A DNA stretch of 50,190 nt from a virus. A program made the position numbers and the translations under genes. The notes beneath the pieces were generated by a model that had not been told where the DNA came from, searched no databases, and worked only from the letters and a program-made list of their open reading frames with translations. Below, one piece after another: positions 24,871 to 34,856 of this stretch. Positions within the stretch are counted from its first letter, which is position 1. Every line of letters begins with the position of its first letter. The DNA lies in UHGV virus genome UHGV-0011768. The stretch is one strand, 5' to 3'.

Positions 24871-26310
24871 TTGCAAATAGAGCTCGCCCGGCAGTCTCTC
24901 GTGGGGTTCGTCTATGCGACATGCCCCGGTTATTTGATGGGATGGGTCCACGAAGAGGTTTGTGCCGAGCTGGATGCATTTTTGGCTGCTGTGCAGCGTA
25001 AAGCGTCGCCTCGTCTGCTGCTGACCATGCCCCCACGTCACGGCAAGAGCGAAATAGCTTCTCGCCGTTTCCCGGCCTATGCCCTGGGGCGCTATCCTGA
25101 CTTGTCCATCATCGCCACCAGCTACAGCGCTGATCTTGCGAGCCGGATGAACCGCGACGTGCAGCGCGTCATCGATGACGAGGCCTACAGTGAGATTTTT
25201 CCCGGGACGCGCCTTTACGGGAAAAATATCCGCACCGTGGCATCAGGGGCCTACATGCGCAACTCTGATCTTTTTGAGGTCGTTGGGCGTCGTGGCGTTT
25301 ACCGGTCAGCTGGTGTGGGCGGTGGCATCACCGGCATGGGCGGGGACGTCATCCTTATCGACGATCCCATCAAAGACCGGGCCGAGGCGGATTCCCCCAC
25401 CATCCGCAACCGGGTGTGGGACTGGTACACCTCCACGCTTTACACGCGGCTGGCGCCGGGGGGCGGCATCATCGTCATCCAGACGCGCTGGCATATGGAT
25501 GACCTGGCCGGGAGGCTCCTGGAGGCAGCGCGCACGGGAGAGGGGGATCAATGGCGCGTGGTGAATTTCCCGGCCATCGCCGAGCAAGACGAGACGCACC
25601 GCAAGGCGGGCGAAGCCCTGCACCCGGCACGCTATCCACTGGAGCAGCTGCACGCCATCCGGGCGGCCATTGGCTCCCGGGACTGGGAAGCGCTCTATCA
25701 GCAGCATCCTACCCCCGATGGTGGGGGCATCTTCAAAGCCGAGTGGTTGCGCTTCTGGCTGCCGAAAGATTTGCCGCAGAACTTCGAGCGGATGCTCATC
25801 AGTTGGGACATGACCTTCAAGGATGGCGACGAGAGCGACTATGTGGTCGGTCAGGTTTGGGGACGCAAGGGCGCAGATTTCTACCTTCTGGATCAGGTTC
25901 GGGCCCGTATGGGCTTCACGGCTACGCTGGCCGCCTTTCGGGCGCTGGCTGACAAGTGGCCGCAGGCCCAGCGCAAGCTCGTGGAAGACAAGGCCAACGG
26001 TCCGGCGGTCATCGACAGCCTGCGCCATGCCGTGCCCGGCATCATCCCCGTGGAGCCCGACGGCAGCAAGGTTGCGCGGGCTCATGCGGTCACAACGTAC
26101 TTTGAGGCCGGCAACGTCCACATCCCGCATCCATCTGTGTGGGGTTGGGTCTCTGAGTATGTGGCCGAGCTGACCCAGTTCCCGGCCGCTGCCCATGATG
26201 ACCAGGTGGATGCGACAACTCAGGCTCTGCGTGACATGCAGACGGCCAAAACCCTGACTGTGGATCCCAGTATCCTGCGGCGCGGCGCCATGTTCGGGAG
26301 GATGATGTGA
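24871..26310 (+). CDS. terL: Terminase large subunit
   Basis: Walker A MPPRHGKSE, Walker B VILIDDP, nuclease half (IQTRWHMDDL ... DDQVDA). Confidence 0.9.
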   Translation: MQIELARQSLVGFVYATCPGYLMGWVHEEVCAELDAFLAAVQRKASPRLLLTMPPRHGKSEIASRRFPAYALGRYPDLSIIATSYSADLASRMNRDVQRVIDDEAYSEIFPGTRLYGKNIRTVASGAYMRNSDLFEVVGRRGVYRSAGVGGGITGMGGDVILIDDPIKDRAEADSPTIRNRVWDWYTSTLYTRLAPGGGIIVIQTRWHMDDLAGRLLEAARTGEGDQWRVVNFPAIAEQDETHRKAGEALHPARYPLEQLHAIRAAIGSRDWEALYQQHPTPDGGGIFKAEWLRFWLPKDLPQNFERMLISWDMTFKDGDESDYVVGQVWGRKGADFYLLDQVRARMGFTATLAAFRALADKWPQAQRKLVEDKANGPAVIDSLRHAVPGIIPVEPDGSKVARAHAVTTYFEAGNVHIPHPSVWGWVSEYVAELTQFPAAAHDDQVDATTQALRDMQTAKTLTVDPSILRRGAMFGRMM

Positions 26311-27854
26311 GCAAAAAAAGCAAATCGCGGCTTCGGGGCACCAACCGGGGGGCCGTTGTTTCTCCAGAGCTGCTGGCTGAAATGACGCATTTCCCTGCCA
26401 TTGCGGCGGCCACGCCTTCCGCCTCTCTGACGATCGAGGACGTGCGGCAGCGGTACGCACCACCCCGGACGCTGGGATGCAAAGAGGAGGTCCGGCTTGC
26501 CCTGGATAGCGCACTAGCCGACACCGGCGTCTATTCCCTGTTGCAGCATACGCTGCAAATGGGGATGGGGGTCTTCCCGCAGTTCATGGGCTACGGGGCA
26601 TTGCAGAACATCGCCCAGAATGGGCTTGTGCGCGCCTGCATTTCCACGGTGGCCGATGACATGACTCGTGAATGGATCACGCTGCAACGTGAAGGAGACG
26701 CTGTGCAGGGGGCTGATAACAACCTGCTGGCGGAATTGACGGGGCTTATGTCCAGGATGCGGGTAAAGGAACTTTTCGCGGAGGCCGTTGAGCTGGCGGG
26801 CTACGAGGGGGGCGCGTTCCTCTTTATCGATACCGGGGCCACTGGCGACACTTTGCGGGACCCCTTGGATATTTCCCCGAACTCTGGCGAGCTGGGGCAG
26901 GAAAAGAATTTACGTTTTGTCGTCATTGATCCGGTCAACTGCTTCCCCGGGGATTACAACTCGCTGAATCCTCTCCAGCCGGACTACTACGCACCTACGG
27001 AATGGTGGGTGCTGGGACAGCGGGTCCATGCCTCGCGCCTGCTGCGCGTCGTCGGCAATGAGGTCCCTATCCTGCTCAAACCTGCCTACAACTTCTTGGG
27101 CATCCCGCAAGCCCAGATCCTTTGGGATTACGTCCTGCACTTCCAGGAGTGCCGTGCGGCTGAAAACCGGCTGTTGAAAAAATTTTCCATGACCGTCTTC
27201 AAAACGAACATGTTTGACAGCCTCGGCAAGCTGGGCCCCCAAGAGGCATCGAACCTGGATTGCCGTATCAAGTACATGATCCAGAACATGAGCAATGACG
27301 GAGTGCTCGTTGTGGACAAAGAGGCCGAGGATGTTGTGAAGCTGGAGACACCGCTTTCAGGGGTGACAGACATTGTGCGTCAGGCCTTGGAGTTTTTGGC
27401 GGCTGTCAACCGGACGCCTGCGGTCAAGTTGCTGGGTATTTCCCCATCCGGTTTCAATTCCACGGGGGAAAGCGACATCAGGAACTACTACGACCATATC
27501 GCGACACGGCAGCAGAAAATGATGCTCGCCCCCCTCAAAACGGTGTTGGACTGCCTGCAACTGCATTTGACGGGTCGCATTGACCCAACAATTTCTTTCG
27601 CCTTCAACAAACTCGGGGAGGAGGACAAAAAACTCCAGGCTGAGATCCAGAAGGTGAAGGCGGATACGGCTGCGGTCTACACGGACAGGGGAATACTCTC
27701 CGTTGAGGAGGTGCGCCAATCCCTGGCTGATGATCAGCATAGCGGGTACAGCCATATCGACGTCGATGAGCTCCCCCCCATGCCGGATGCTTTGGTGCGC
27801 CAGGAGGGAGCGCCTCTGGATGACATGGACAAGGCAGGCGCCGTCTATGGATAA
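26307..27854 (+). CDS. Portal protein (probable)
   Basis: 515 aa immediately after terL with GTGA overlap. Size and position; no family-specific motif verified. Confidence 0.6.
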   Translation: MSKKSKSRLRGTNRGAVVSPELLAEMTHFPAIAAATPSASLTIEDVRQRYAPPRTLGCKEEVRLALDSALADTGVYSLLQHTLQMGMGVFPQFMGYGALQNIAQNGLVRACISTVADDMTREWITLQREGDAVQGADNNLLAELTGLMSRMRVKELFAEAVELAGYEGGAFLFIDTGATGDTLRDPLDISPNSGELGQEKNLRFVVIDPVNCFPGDYNSLNPLQPDYYAPTEWWVLGQRVHASRLLRVVGNEVPILLKPAYNFLGIPQAQILWDYVLHFQECRAAENRLLKKFSMTVFKTNMFDSLGKLGPQEASNLDCRIKYMIQNMSNDGVLVVDKEAEDVVKLETPLSGVTDIVRQALEFLAAVNRTPAVKLLGISPSGFNSTGESDIRNYYDHIATRQQKMMLAPLKTVLDCLQLHLTGRIDPTISFAFNKLGEEDKKLQAEIQKVKADTAAVYTDRGILSVEEVRQSLADDQHSGYSHIDVDELPPMPDALVRQEGAPLDDMDKAGAVYG

Positions 27855-29637
27855 GCTCCTGCGGCCGGTTTACGCCAATGCTGGTGTGGAAGCGGCATAC
27901 CGGAAAAAACTTGAGCGTCTGATCGACGAGATGCAACGCTCCACTGTCTGGTGGTTGCGTGCCGTCTACCGGAAGAATGAGACCAGAATCACACAAGACG
28001 CCATGCCCGGAACCGGTGGCGGAACGACGGAAACACCTTCTGAAACTCCATCCAACTGGCTGGCTTGGGTATTGCGCCGACTGCAAGCATACTGGCAGCG
28101 GCGGTGGCGAAAATCGGCGGAACGTATCGCGCGGGACTTTGTGGGCAGTGCGCAGCGCCACACGCTCAGTGCCTACGGTGCGGCGTTCAAGGCTGCCGGG
28201 ATGACGGTCAAAATGGATCCCGGGCGAGTGATGAACGACACAGTCCAAGCGTTGATAGCGGAAAACGTCTCCCTGATAAAATCCATCCCGCAGCAATATT
28301 TCGATGAGGTGACGGGGCTGGTGCAACGATCCGTCAGCATGGGGCGGGATGTGGCGTTTTTGGAAGAGGAGCTGGCCCGACGGTACGAAATAACCAGAAA
28401 CCGCGCCAAAACCATAGCCCGGGATCAAAACAACAAAGCGTGTGAAGCTATCAAGCGCACAGAGAACAAACAGTTGGGCATCACGGAAGGCATCTGGGTG
28501 CATGTGCCGGGAACCAAGAGCAGCCGCAAAGCGCATATGCAGATGAACGGCAAGCGGTTCAAACTGGACGAGGGGCTGTACGACAGCACCGCAGGCAAAA
28601 AAGTGCTGCCCGGGGAGCTGGTGAACTGCTTCCCCGGAGGGTCAAAGCTGCACGGCATTCCGTTTGCAGAAAAATTGTACAGGCGTTGGTATGCTGGAAA
28701 ATTGGCCCAAATCGTTACGGATGACGGTGGAATCCTTACGTTGACACCGAATCACCCAATACTCACGACCAAAGGGTGGACAGCGGCGGGCCTCCTGAAT
28801 GTGGGAGACAACATCGTCAAGACAGCGCAGGATAGCCTCTTTTTGACAGAACTCGATGCAAACGGGGTTGTACCCACATTCGAGGAGCTTTTTAATGCGC
28901 TTGTTCTCCTTGGTGTTGCCCCCACGGTATTTGACGGTTCCACAAGTGACTTCCACGGCGACGGAACCGACGGCAAAATCGACATTATAGATGTCAACAG
29001 CCTTTTGCCGAACATAGACAATGCCAAGCTCATCAAGTCGCTGTGCGATCTCGGCTTCTCCGTCTCCGAGGTGGGATTCATTTCCGCTCTGCTCTCTGGA
29101 AATGGCTCTCGCAAGGGCTTGTTTGCGAGTGATACTGCCTTTCACGGCTTCATGCGCCGCTGCCGTGAGCGCTTGCCGGTATTCTTTGGTCGTATTTCGG
29201 TAGCGGAGTTTGCTAGCCTCGCTCTTGCTGCGCAAGGGAATCCCGGCATGCACAAGGATGGGGCGAATGATGGTACGGCTACATCCAAATTTTTCGGCAA
29301 TAGCCTTTTCACTTGCGCCAGCTTGGTACATGGCTACGATTTCCTTTTTCGGGAGAGAATATTTGAACGGTTTTTTGCCCGTTTTGGGGATTTCGACACC
29401 TCTTTGCCGAATGTGACGGCTCAACGCATCGGTGCTGACGTGGAGCTCTTGCGCAAGCGTTTTCAGCAAGACGCCTCTACGTACCGCATCGCACGCGTAG
29501 TCGATAACCGCGCTGTCGATTTTACGGGACATGTATATAACCTCCAAACGGCTTTAGGATGGTATATAGCAGAAAAAACCGTAAGTTGCAACTGCAATTG
29601 CACCTACAGATCAATTATCCCCATTTTCGGAGAGTGA
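27847..29637 (+). CDS. Minor head / head morphogenesis protein (Mu F / SPP1 gp7 family) interrupted by an intein
   Basis: ATG 27847 overlaps the portal stop. Mu-F-like region ([24 protein letters not shown]...PGELVN) resumes as [10 protein letters not shown] after the insert, restoring the family PG..NC(R/N)C motif. Confidence 0.7.
   Translation: MDKLLRPVYANAGVEAAYRKKLERLIDEMQRSTVWWLRAVYRKNETRITQDAMPGTGGGTTETPSETPSNWLAWVLRRLQAYWQRRWRKSAERIARDFVGSAQRHTLSAYGAAFKAAGMTVKMDPGRVMNDTVQALIAENVSLIKSIPQQYFDEVTGLVQRSVSMGRDVAFLEEELARRYEITRNRAKTIARDQNNKACEAIKRTENKQLGITEGIWVHVPGTKSSRKAHMQMNGKRFKLDEGLYDSTAGKKVLPGELVNCFPGGSKLHGIPFAEKLYRRWYAGKLAQIVTDDGGILTLTPNHPILTTKGWTAAGLLNVGDNIVKTAQDSLFLTELDANGVVPTFEELFNALVLLGVAPTVFDGSTSDFHGDGTDGKIDIIDVNSLLPNIDNAKLIKSLCDLGFSVSEVGFISALLSGNGSRKGLFASDTAFHGFMRRCRERLPVFFGRISVAEFASLALAAQGNPGMHKDGANDGTATSKFFGNSLFTCASLVHGYDFLFRERIFERFFARFGDFDTSLPNVTAQRIGADVELLRKRFQQDASTYRIARVVDNRAVDFTGHVYNLQTALGWYIAEKTVSCNCNCTYRSIIPIFGE
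28627..29592 (+). mobile_element. Intein (Hint domain with degenerate LAGLIDADG homing-endonuclease remnant), 322 aa
   Basis: Begins CFPGGSKL (block A-like), [12 protein letters not shown] (block B TxxH), [12 protein letters not shown] (degenerate LAGLIDADG), HVYNLQTA (block F), ends ...SCN followed by +1 Cys. In frame. GC drops well below the flanks. Confidence 0.6.
28642..29532 (-). CDS. Antisense ORF inside the intein (297 aa from ATG 29532), dual HTH-like N-terminus, DUF559/Vsr-like C-terminus; may be a frame shadow
   Basis: Open for 301 codons with GGAGG 7 nt upstream of ATG 29532. HTH-like [21 protein letters not shown] and [18 protein letters not shown]-terminal [25 protein letters not shown] resembles the DUF559 nuclease core. 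Conflicts with the plus-strand intein reading. Confidence 0.25.
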   Translation of the reverse strand: MSRKIDSAVIDYACDAVRRGVLLKTLAQELHVSTDALSRHIRQRGVEIPKTGKKPFKYSLPKKEIVAMYQAGASEKAIAEKFGCSRTIIRPILVHAGIPLRSKSEASKLRYRNTTKEYRQALTAAAHEAVKGSITRKQALARAISREQSGNESHLGDGEAEIAQRLDELGIVYVRQKAVDIYNVDFAVGSVAVEVTCGTVKYRGGNTKENKRIKKLLECGYNPVCIEFCQKEAILRCLDDVVSHIQEARRCPPFGREYWVIRCQRKDSTVIRNDLGQFSSIPTPVQFFCKRNAVQL

Positions 29638-29641
29638 AAAC

Positions 29642-31045
29642 ATGCGTGAAAAAAACATGACCTTCGACGCCCAGCCGAGCGTCCGCAGTGTGGATGAAAA
29701 CGGTTACATGCATGTGGGGGCAAGTCATATCACAAAGGCCGTAGTCAACCCCTATTATGGCCGTGAAATTCCCGGTTGGCAGCAACGGGGGCTTGACCCG
29801 GAAAAAATCTACTACGGCTTCCGTAACCCGGACGAACTGCAAAAAAGCCTGACGACATGGGCAGGACTGCCGCTGCATATCGAGCACCATGTGGATAGCG
29901 CGGACGATCCCCAAAAGCTGACCCGGGTAGGGAGTGTCGGCACGGAAGTGGTCTGGAATGCGCCTTATGTGGATGCGCCGCTGACCATCTGGGACAAAAA
30001 AGCCATTGATGCGGTGGAGAGCGGCGCATATCGGGAGCTCTCCTGCGCGTACCGTTATGATCCCGACTGGACGCCCGGTGTCCACGAAGGGATCAGCTAC
30101 GATTTTGTCATGCGGAACATACGCGGCAATCACGTCGCCCTGGTGGAAGAAGGGCGGGCAGGCGCGGACGTGATCGTTGCGGACAAGAACATCAAACAGC
30201 CAGAAGGAGGGACACCTATGGCCGAGAACAAGCAGCACGTCAAAGACGGCGACCCCGAAATCGAGCAGAAGGAGGTGGATCTGGCGCAGGCGATTATCGA
30301 CCTGCACAAGGTCGATCCCAACACCGGTGAGGTCGTGGACATTATGGAAGACGAGGACAAGGCCAAGGCTGTCCGCGAAATCGTGGGCGAACTGGCCGGA
30401 AAGCTTGAGCCCGAGCAGCTCAAACGCCTCAATGATGCCCTGACGGACCTCGCGTATTCCAAGGCGACTGGCGACAAGACGCCCGTTGCCGATAATCCCT
30501 ACAAGGACGCCATGGACAAGTGCGGTATCGATGCCGAAAACGAAGAGTTCCAGAAGGCCTTCGCTGAGGGGGTGAAATTCGGCGAGCGCAAAGAAAAAGA
30601 AGAGCCTGGCAAGCTTGACCGTGAGCATGAATCGGAAGGGATGCAGAAATTTGAAGAACACCACGGCGAAGATCAGTTTGCTGGTGACGCCAGGCCGAAG
30701 GGCAGCCGCAAGCAGCCGATGGGGATGGATGCCGCCGCCATCAAAGCGCAGGCCGTGAAGGAGACGCGCCAGCATATGCAGGAGCTGTTTTCTGCGGTGA
30801 ATGCGGTGCGTCCCCTGGTGGGCAGTCTGGAGCCCATGAGCTTTGACAACGCCACCGCCGTCTATGGGCACACCCTCAAGACCAAGGGGATTGACCCCAG
30901 CAAGTACGACAAAAGCGCCTGGCGCGGTATGGTGGATATCCTGCTGCGGCAGCAGGTGTCCGGTTTCAAACCGCTGGCTGAGGACTCCGCTCCCGTCAAA
31001 TTCGACGGGGCTTTCCAGAACCTCAAGAACATCGACATTTCTTAG
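29642..31045 (+). CDS. Putative capsid scaffolding/maturation protein (DUF2213-like N-terminus, acidic coiled-coil C-terminus)
   Basis: [24 protein letters not shown] motif recalled from DUF2213 (from memory). Long acidic/Lys-rich helical C-terminal half. Sits between minor head and capsid genes. Confidence 0.5.
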   Translation: MREKNMTFDAQPSVRSVDENGYMHVGASHITKAVVNPYYGREIPGWQQRGLDPEKIYYGFRNPDELQKSLTTWAGLPLHIEHHVDSADDPQKLTRVGSVGTEVVWNAPYVDAPLTIWDKKAIDAVESGAYRELSCAYRYDPDWTPGVHEGISYDFVMRNIRGNHVALVEEGRAGADVIVADKNIKQPEGGTPMAENKQHVKDGDPEIEQKEVDLAQAIIDLHKVDPNTGEVVDIMEDEDKAKAVREIVGELAGKLEPEQLKRLNDALTDLAYSKATGDKTPVADNPYKDAMDKCGIDAENEEFQKAFAEGVKFGERKEKEEPGKLDREHESEGMQKFEEHHGEDQFAGDARPKGSRKQPMGMDAAAIKAQAVKETRQHMQELFSAVNAVRPLVGSLEPMSFDNATAVYGHTLKTKGIDPSKYDKSAWRGMVDILLRQQVSGFKPLAEDSAPVKFDGAFQNLKNIDIS

Positions 31046-31057
31046 GAGGAGCACACT

Positions 31058-31756
31058 ATGCCGCTTCAGACGAAAGTTGATATCGATCTCGCTCTGGCTG
31101 TTCCCGGCCAGAAGGCGACTCCTGACCAGAGCATCTACACTCCCATCAACTATGTGGCCGACGAAGCCGGTGTGCAGGTGGGCACGTTCTGCTGGGCGGC
31201 TGCGACCGCAGGTGTGGCCACTGCTACCACTGCCGGAGCCGCTGCCCCCCTGGGCTTCGTTGAGCGCGTTATCAGCACCTACATCTACAACGTCCTTGAC
31301 GGCGCAACCATGACCATTCCCGAAGGCCAGGGGCTCACCATCGCCGTGCGCGGTGACTACTATGTCGAAGCCCCTGAAACGGTCACTGCGGGCGGCCAGG
31401 TCTATGTGGACAAGACCAATGGCAAGATCCTCGCCTCTGCTGGTGCCAACGGCATCGCTGCTCCCGGCTGGGTCTTTAAAACCGCCGGCGCGGCCGGCGA
31501 TATGGTCATCATCAGCAACTGGAGCGTCCCGGCGTCCAGCGGCGGTTCTGGTGGTGGCGGAACCGTTGACCTGTCCAATGTGACCGGCACCCTGGCCGTT
31601 GCCAATGGCGGTACCGGTGCGACGGCGGCTGACGGCGCGCGCACCAACCTTGGGCTGGGAACGCTTGCTACCCAGAACAGCCCGCTGCCTGTGGCTAACG
31701 GTGGCACCGGTGCGACTGATGCCGCAGGGGCCAAGACCAACCTTGAAATTTCTTAG
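31058..31756 (+). CDS. Head decoration / head-fibre-like protein with C-terminal Gly-rich fibre repeats
   Basis: N-terminal about 150 aa between scaffold and MCP (DUF2190-like position). C-terminal duplicated AVANGGTGAT.A.G(A)RTNLGLG repeats of the type seen in phage fibre proteins. Confidence 0.45.
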   Translation: MPLQTKVDIDLALAVPGQKATPDQSIYTPINYVADEAGVQVGTFCWAAATAGVATATTAGAAAPLGFVERVISTYIYNVLDGATMTIPEGQGLTIAVRGDYYVEAPETVTAGGQVYVDKTNGKILASAGANGIAAPGWVFKTAGAAGDMVIISNWSVPASSGGSGGGGTVDLSNVTGTLAVANGGTGATAADGARTNLGLGTLATQNSPLPVANGGTGATDAAGAKTNLEIS

Positions 31757-31773
31757 TCAGAGGAGGTGGAAAA

Positions 31774-32790
31774 ATGTCTCTGACCATTTCCCAGGCCAAA
31801 CAGTACGGCTTCGTTTTCGAAGGGGCCCGCGACTGGAACACGCCCGAGAACCGCGCCCGTATCGTCCAGGACGCCGCGCTGGCGACCCAGCCCAATACGG
31901 CCGTGCCCGTCGAGTTCGCGGCGTATATCGACCCCATCGTCATTGAAATCCTGACGGCCCCGCGTAACGCGCGTCGCCTGTTCCGTGAGGAGAAAAAGGG
32001 GGACTGGACGACCCCTTATGCCAAGTTCCGCATCTCCGAAATGGTGGGCGGCACCGAGGAATACAGCGACTATGCCAACGGCGTCACGTCCGACGTGAAC
32101 AACGAATGGATGAGCCGCGCACAGTATCGTTTCCAGACCACCATTACCTATGGCGATCTGGAAGTGGCTCTGGCCTCTGCCGCGAAATTGAATCTGGCAT
32201 CGGATAAACAGCGGGCTGCCGCTACCCGTCTGGAAATCGATGCCAACAAATTCTATCTGCTGGGTGTCGCCGGTGAACCCATTTACGGCATCTTCAACGA
32301 CCCCAACCTGCCCAGTGCCATCACGGCAGGAGCCACGGGTACGGGGGATTCCACCAAATGGGCCGACAAGACCACCAAGGCCATCTATGACGATATCCTG
32401 GCCCTGTTCGCGGAACTGGCCGGGCAGTCCAATGGCCTGATTGACCAGACCACGCCGCTCAAGCTCTGTCTGAGTCCGGCGATGAACGCTTATCTGGGCT
32501 CCGCGACGGACTTCAACGTCAACGTCAAAAAGATGCTGGACAGCTACTTCACCAGCCTGGAAATCGTTATCGTTCCCGAGCTGGCGAGCCTGGACGGCGA
32601 CCAGACCGTTTTCCTGATCGCTCCGGTGGTGGGCGGCCAGAAGTCCGCCACGCTGGCCTTTGGCGAAAAAATGCGCTCCGGCCGCGTCATCCCCGATCTG
32701 TCCAGTTTCCGCCAGAAGTTCGTGGGCACCACCTACGGCGGCATCGTCTACATGCCCTTCGCCTTCGCCAGCATGACCGGCGTGGTCTAG
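31774..32790 (+). CDS. Major capsid protein (HK97 fold, DUF2184-like)
   Basis: 338 aa after scaffold and decoration genes. Co-occurs with the DUF2213/DUF2190 module. Terminator follows. Confidence 0.65.
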   Translation: MSLTISQAKQYGFVFEGARDWNTPENRARIVQDAALATQPNTAVPVEFAAYIDPIVIEILTAPRNARRLFREEKKGDWTTPYAKFRISEMVGGTEEYSDYANGVTSDVNNEWMSRAQYRFQTTITYGDLEVALASAAKLNLASDKQRAAATRLEIDANKFYLLGVAGEPIYGIFNDPNLPSAITAGATGTGDSTKWADKTTKAIYDDILALFAELAGQSNGLIDQTTPLKLCLSPAMNAYLGSATDFNVNVKKMLDSYFTSLEIVIVPELASLDGDQTVFLIAPVVGGQKSATLAFGEKMRSGRVIPDLSSFRQKFVGTTYGGIVYMPFAFASMTGVV

Positions 32791-32816
32791 GCAGAAGCTC
32801 CATCCCTCCCTTACAT

Positions 32817-32856
32817 GAGCGCCCCGTCCTCCATCGTGAAGGCGGGGCGCTTTTTG
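32817..32856 (+). terminator. Rho-independent terminator after the capsid gene
   Basis: GAGCGCCCCG-15 nt loop-CGGGGCGCT then TTTTGT. Confidence 0.7.
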
Positions 32857-32885
32857 TCCCAGGTGGGGCAGGCGGTTGTCCTGCC

Positions 32886-33773
32886 TTATCTCATTGCCAG
32901 CATGGTGCGGGCGGCGGATTCCAGGGCCCGCAGGGAGTAGTCCAGCGCACCGGCGCAGTCTTCCATGCTCTGGAAGGCGGTCAGGCCCGTGCGGCGGGCC
33001 GGGCTGAACATGTCTCCGGGCTTGCGGACAGCGGGCAGCGCCTTGCGCGCCAGCAGGAACAGGGCTTCCTCGTGGCGGTGGATATGGCGGATATGATCCC
33101 GGATGGCGGCAAGATGGCCTTCCACGTCATCGGGGGATGCGGGGGAAGAGGGCAGGGCCGTGGCCGGGGCCGGAGCGGGCAGCGCGTCGATACGCTTCTG
33201 CACCCAGTCGATGGCGTCCGGTATCCACTCCTGCGGCAGCTCCTTGATATTGGCGAGGTTGAAGGCGGCCTTGAGCTGGTTCCAGCAGGCGGCGAAGGGC
33301 AGGCCGGAGACCTGCGCCCACGAGCCCACCAGCGCACGCAGTGGCTTGCGGTCTTCGGTGGTGGACGGCGTGATGGACAGGGTGCCGGTGAAGTCGTCGG
33401 GGGTGGGGGCGGAAGAGGCGGCGTGCTGTTCGGCGTCGAGCTTGTCCAGCACGTCCAGCACCCAGCGGCGGAAAGCCTTGGCCACCGGCGTGCGGGCGAA
33501 CATGGCAACGAGGTGGCAGCCGCGCAGGGAGAAGATGCGGCAGCGGCCTGCGCTCAAATTTGGGAAAACCTCGTTTTGAGGTTCTACGACGTTTTCAATG
33601 AGTTGCGTCATGTCACTTGTAAATTCATCGGCATGACGCTGGTAGATTTGAGCAACCTTGTCCTCACGGGAAAGGCTCAGAGCGCGGGCCAGTTCAGCGG
33701 CGCGAATCCAGAGGCTGTTTTGATGGGGGATGGGGGTCAGGGTGATGTCGTTGAAGGTCAGGGCCATTTCCAT
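32886..33773 (-). CDS. Bro-N domain protein, paralog 2 (cargo gene between head and tail modules)
   Basis: N-terminus MEMALTFNDITLTPIPHQNSLWIRAAELARAL and RIFSLRGCHLVAMFARTPVAKAFRRWVLDVLD block shared with 5203..6054. Confidence 0.7.
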   Translation of the reverse strand: MEMALTFNDITLTPIPHQNSLWIRAAELARALSLSREDKVAQIYQRHADEFTSDMTQLIENVVEPQNEVFPNLSAGRCRIFSLRGCHLVAMFARTPVAKAFRRWVLDVLDKLDAEQHAASSAPTPDDFTGTLSITPSTTEDRKPLRALVGSWAQVSGLPFAACWNQLKAAFNLANIKELPQEWIPDAIDWVQKRIDALPAPAPATALPSSPASPDDVEGHLAAIRDHIRHIHRHEEALFLLARKALPAVRKPGDMFSPARRTGLTAFQSMEDCAGALDYSLRALESAARTMLAMR

Positions 33774-34020
33774 GATACAAACTCCAAGATTTTTCTATTG
33801 GCCCTTGCTGAGAAATAGCAAAGGCCGGGAGCTAGAAACCGTCTTGGAACGGCGGGCATATTCCCCTTGCGGGTATTGTATTAGCCCACTCCCGGCCATC
33901 AGATAGCCGACATCATAGCCCCAAAAAAGGGCAAAGAAAAAGCCTTGACTTACGGGAAAGGCGTCCGTCCAAGAGGAGTTTCTAGGCTCCGTAAGAAGAG
34001 GACGCCACAAAATGAGGGAA

Positions 34021-34053
34021 ATGTCAAGGGGAAGGGCGGCCAGGAGGCCGCCC
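34021..34053 (-). terminator. Possible terminator (minus strand) after the endonuclease I gene
   Basis: GGGCGGCC-TCCT-GGCCGCCC on the minus strand followed by TTCCCCTT; T-tract is weak. Confidence 0.35.
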
Positions 34054-34064
34054 CTACTGCGATT

Positions 34065-34814
34065 TTACCATAACCCCGCTTGCTGGCAGGGTTCCTTGAC
34101 GAATCGATTTTCATTGCCCTGGAGCCGTTCTATCCGTTTGGCGCGGGTACACTCCCACTGATCCACAGGATACATCTTGTCCCAGGCACGGAAGAGCTGC
34201 TCCTGCTGTCGGCTGAGGCGGTACTTGGCATAGCTATCAGCCATGTAGAACGCGGCGCGGGCCACCTGTCCTTTTGAACGGGCGGGAGGCTCGAACCTGT
34301 TCCCGTCCACCTTGGCCTCACAGGAGCCAAAGGCCGAGACAGAGCCGGGAAGCTCCGAATATTGCCTGTTGCTGCGGAGAGCATTTACAGCACCGATGGC
34401 GGGGAACAGGTTGTACATGTCAGCCTGCATGTGGCGGTACTCCTTGTTCACCTTCTCAGCGCACTTACGCCCTTTGAACGCCCTCCCCTTGCTCACGCAC
34501 TGAGGATGTCCCTCCCGCCATTCCACGAAGGCACGACCGAAGTTTTCAGCGGGGACAGCGTGCTCCCATTCGACCTTGCGAGCACGTTTTTGGTATTTGT
34601 CCGTCGCGAACCCTACAGGCAAGTCGATGTTTTTCTTTTCATCGAACAGGGCTCCACAATAGACCGTGACCCGGTGGTCAAAGTAGACCTGTTGCTCCAG
34701 CATCTTTTTAGCCTTTGAGAAGCTGTCGTTTGTCTCGTTACCGGCGGCGGTGGCTAGGCTGGCTACACAAAAGAGCAGGGCAGCAGCAATAAAAAGTGTC
34801 TTGATTTTTTGCAT
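34065..34814 (-). CDS. endA: Secreted endonuclease I (EndA/Endonuclease_1 family periplasmic/extracellular DNase)
   Basis: Signal peptide MQKIKTLFIAAALLFCVASLATAAG, then VYCG...VEWEHAVPAENFG...ADMYNLFPAIGAVNALRSNRQY pattern of the endonuclease I family. Lower GC than phage backbone. Confidence 0.7.
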   Translation of the reverse strand: MQKIKTLFIAAALLFCVASLATAAGNETNDSFSKAKKMLEQQVYFDHRVTVYCGALFDEKKNIDLPVGFATDKYQKRARKVEWEHAVPAENFGRAFVEWREGHPQCVSKGRAFKGRKCAEKVNKEYRHMQADMYNLFPAIGAVNALRSNRQYSELPGSVSAFGSCEAKVDGNRFEPPARSKGQVARAAFYMADSYAKYRLSRQQEQLFRAWDKMYPVDQWECTRAKRIERLQGNENRFVKEPCQQAGLW

Positions 34815-34825
34815 TATCTTCTCGC

Positions 34826-34850
34826 AAAAAAAGCCCCGCCGGAGCGGGGA
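34826..34850 (-). terminator. Rho-independent terminator (minus strand) between membrane-protein gene and endA
   Basis: Minus strand CCCCGC-TCCG-GCGGGG then TTTTTTT. Confidence 0.6.
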
Positions 34851-34856
34851 CATGGT

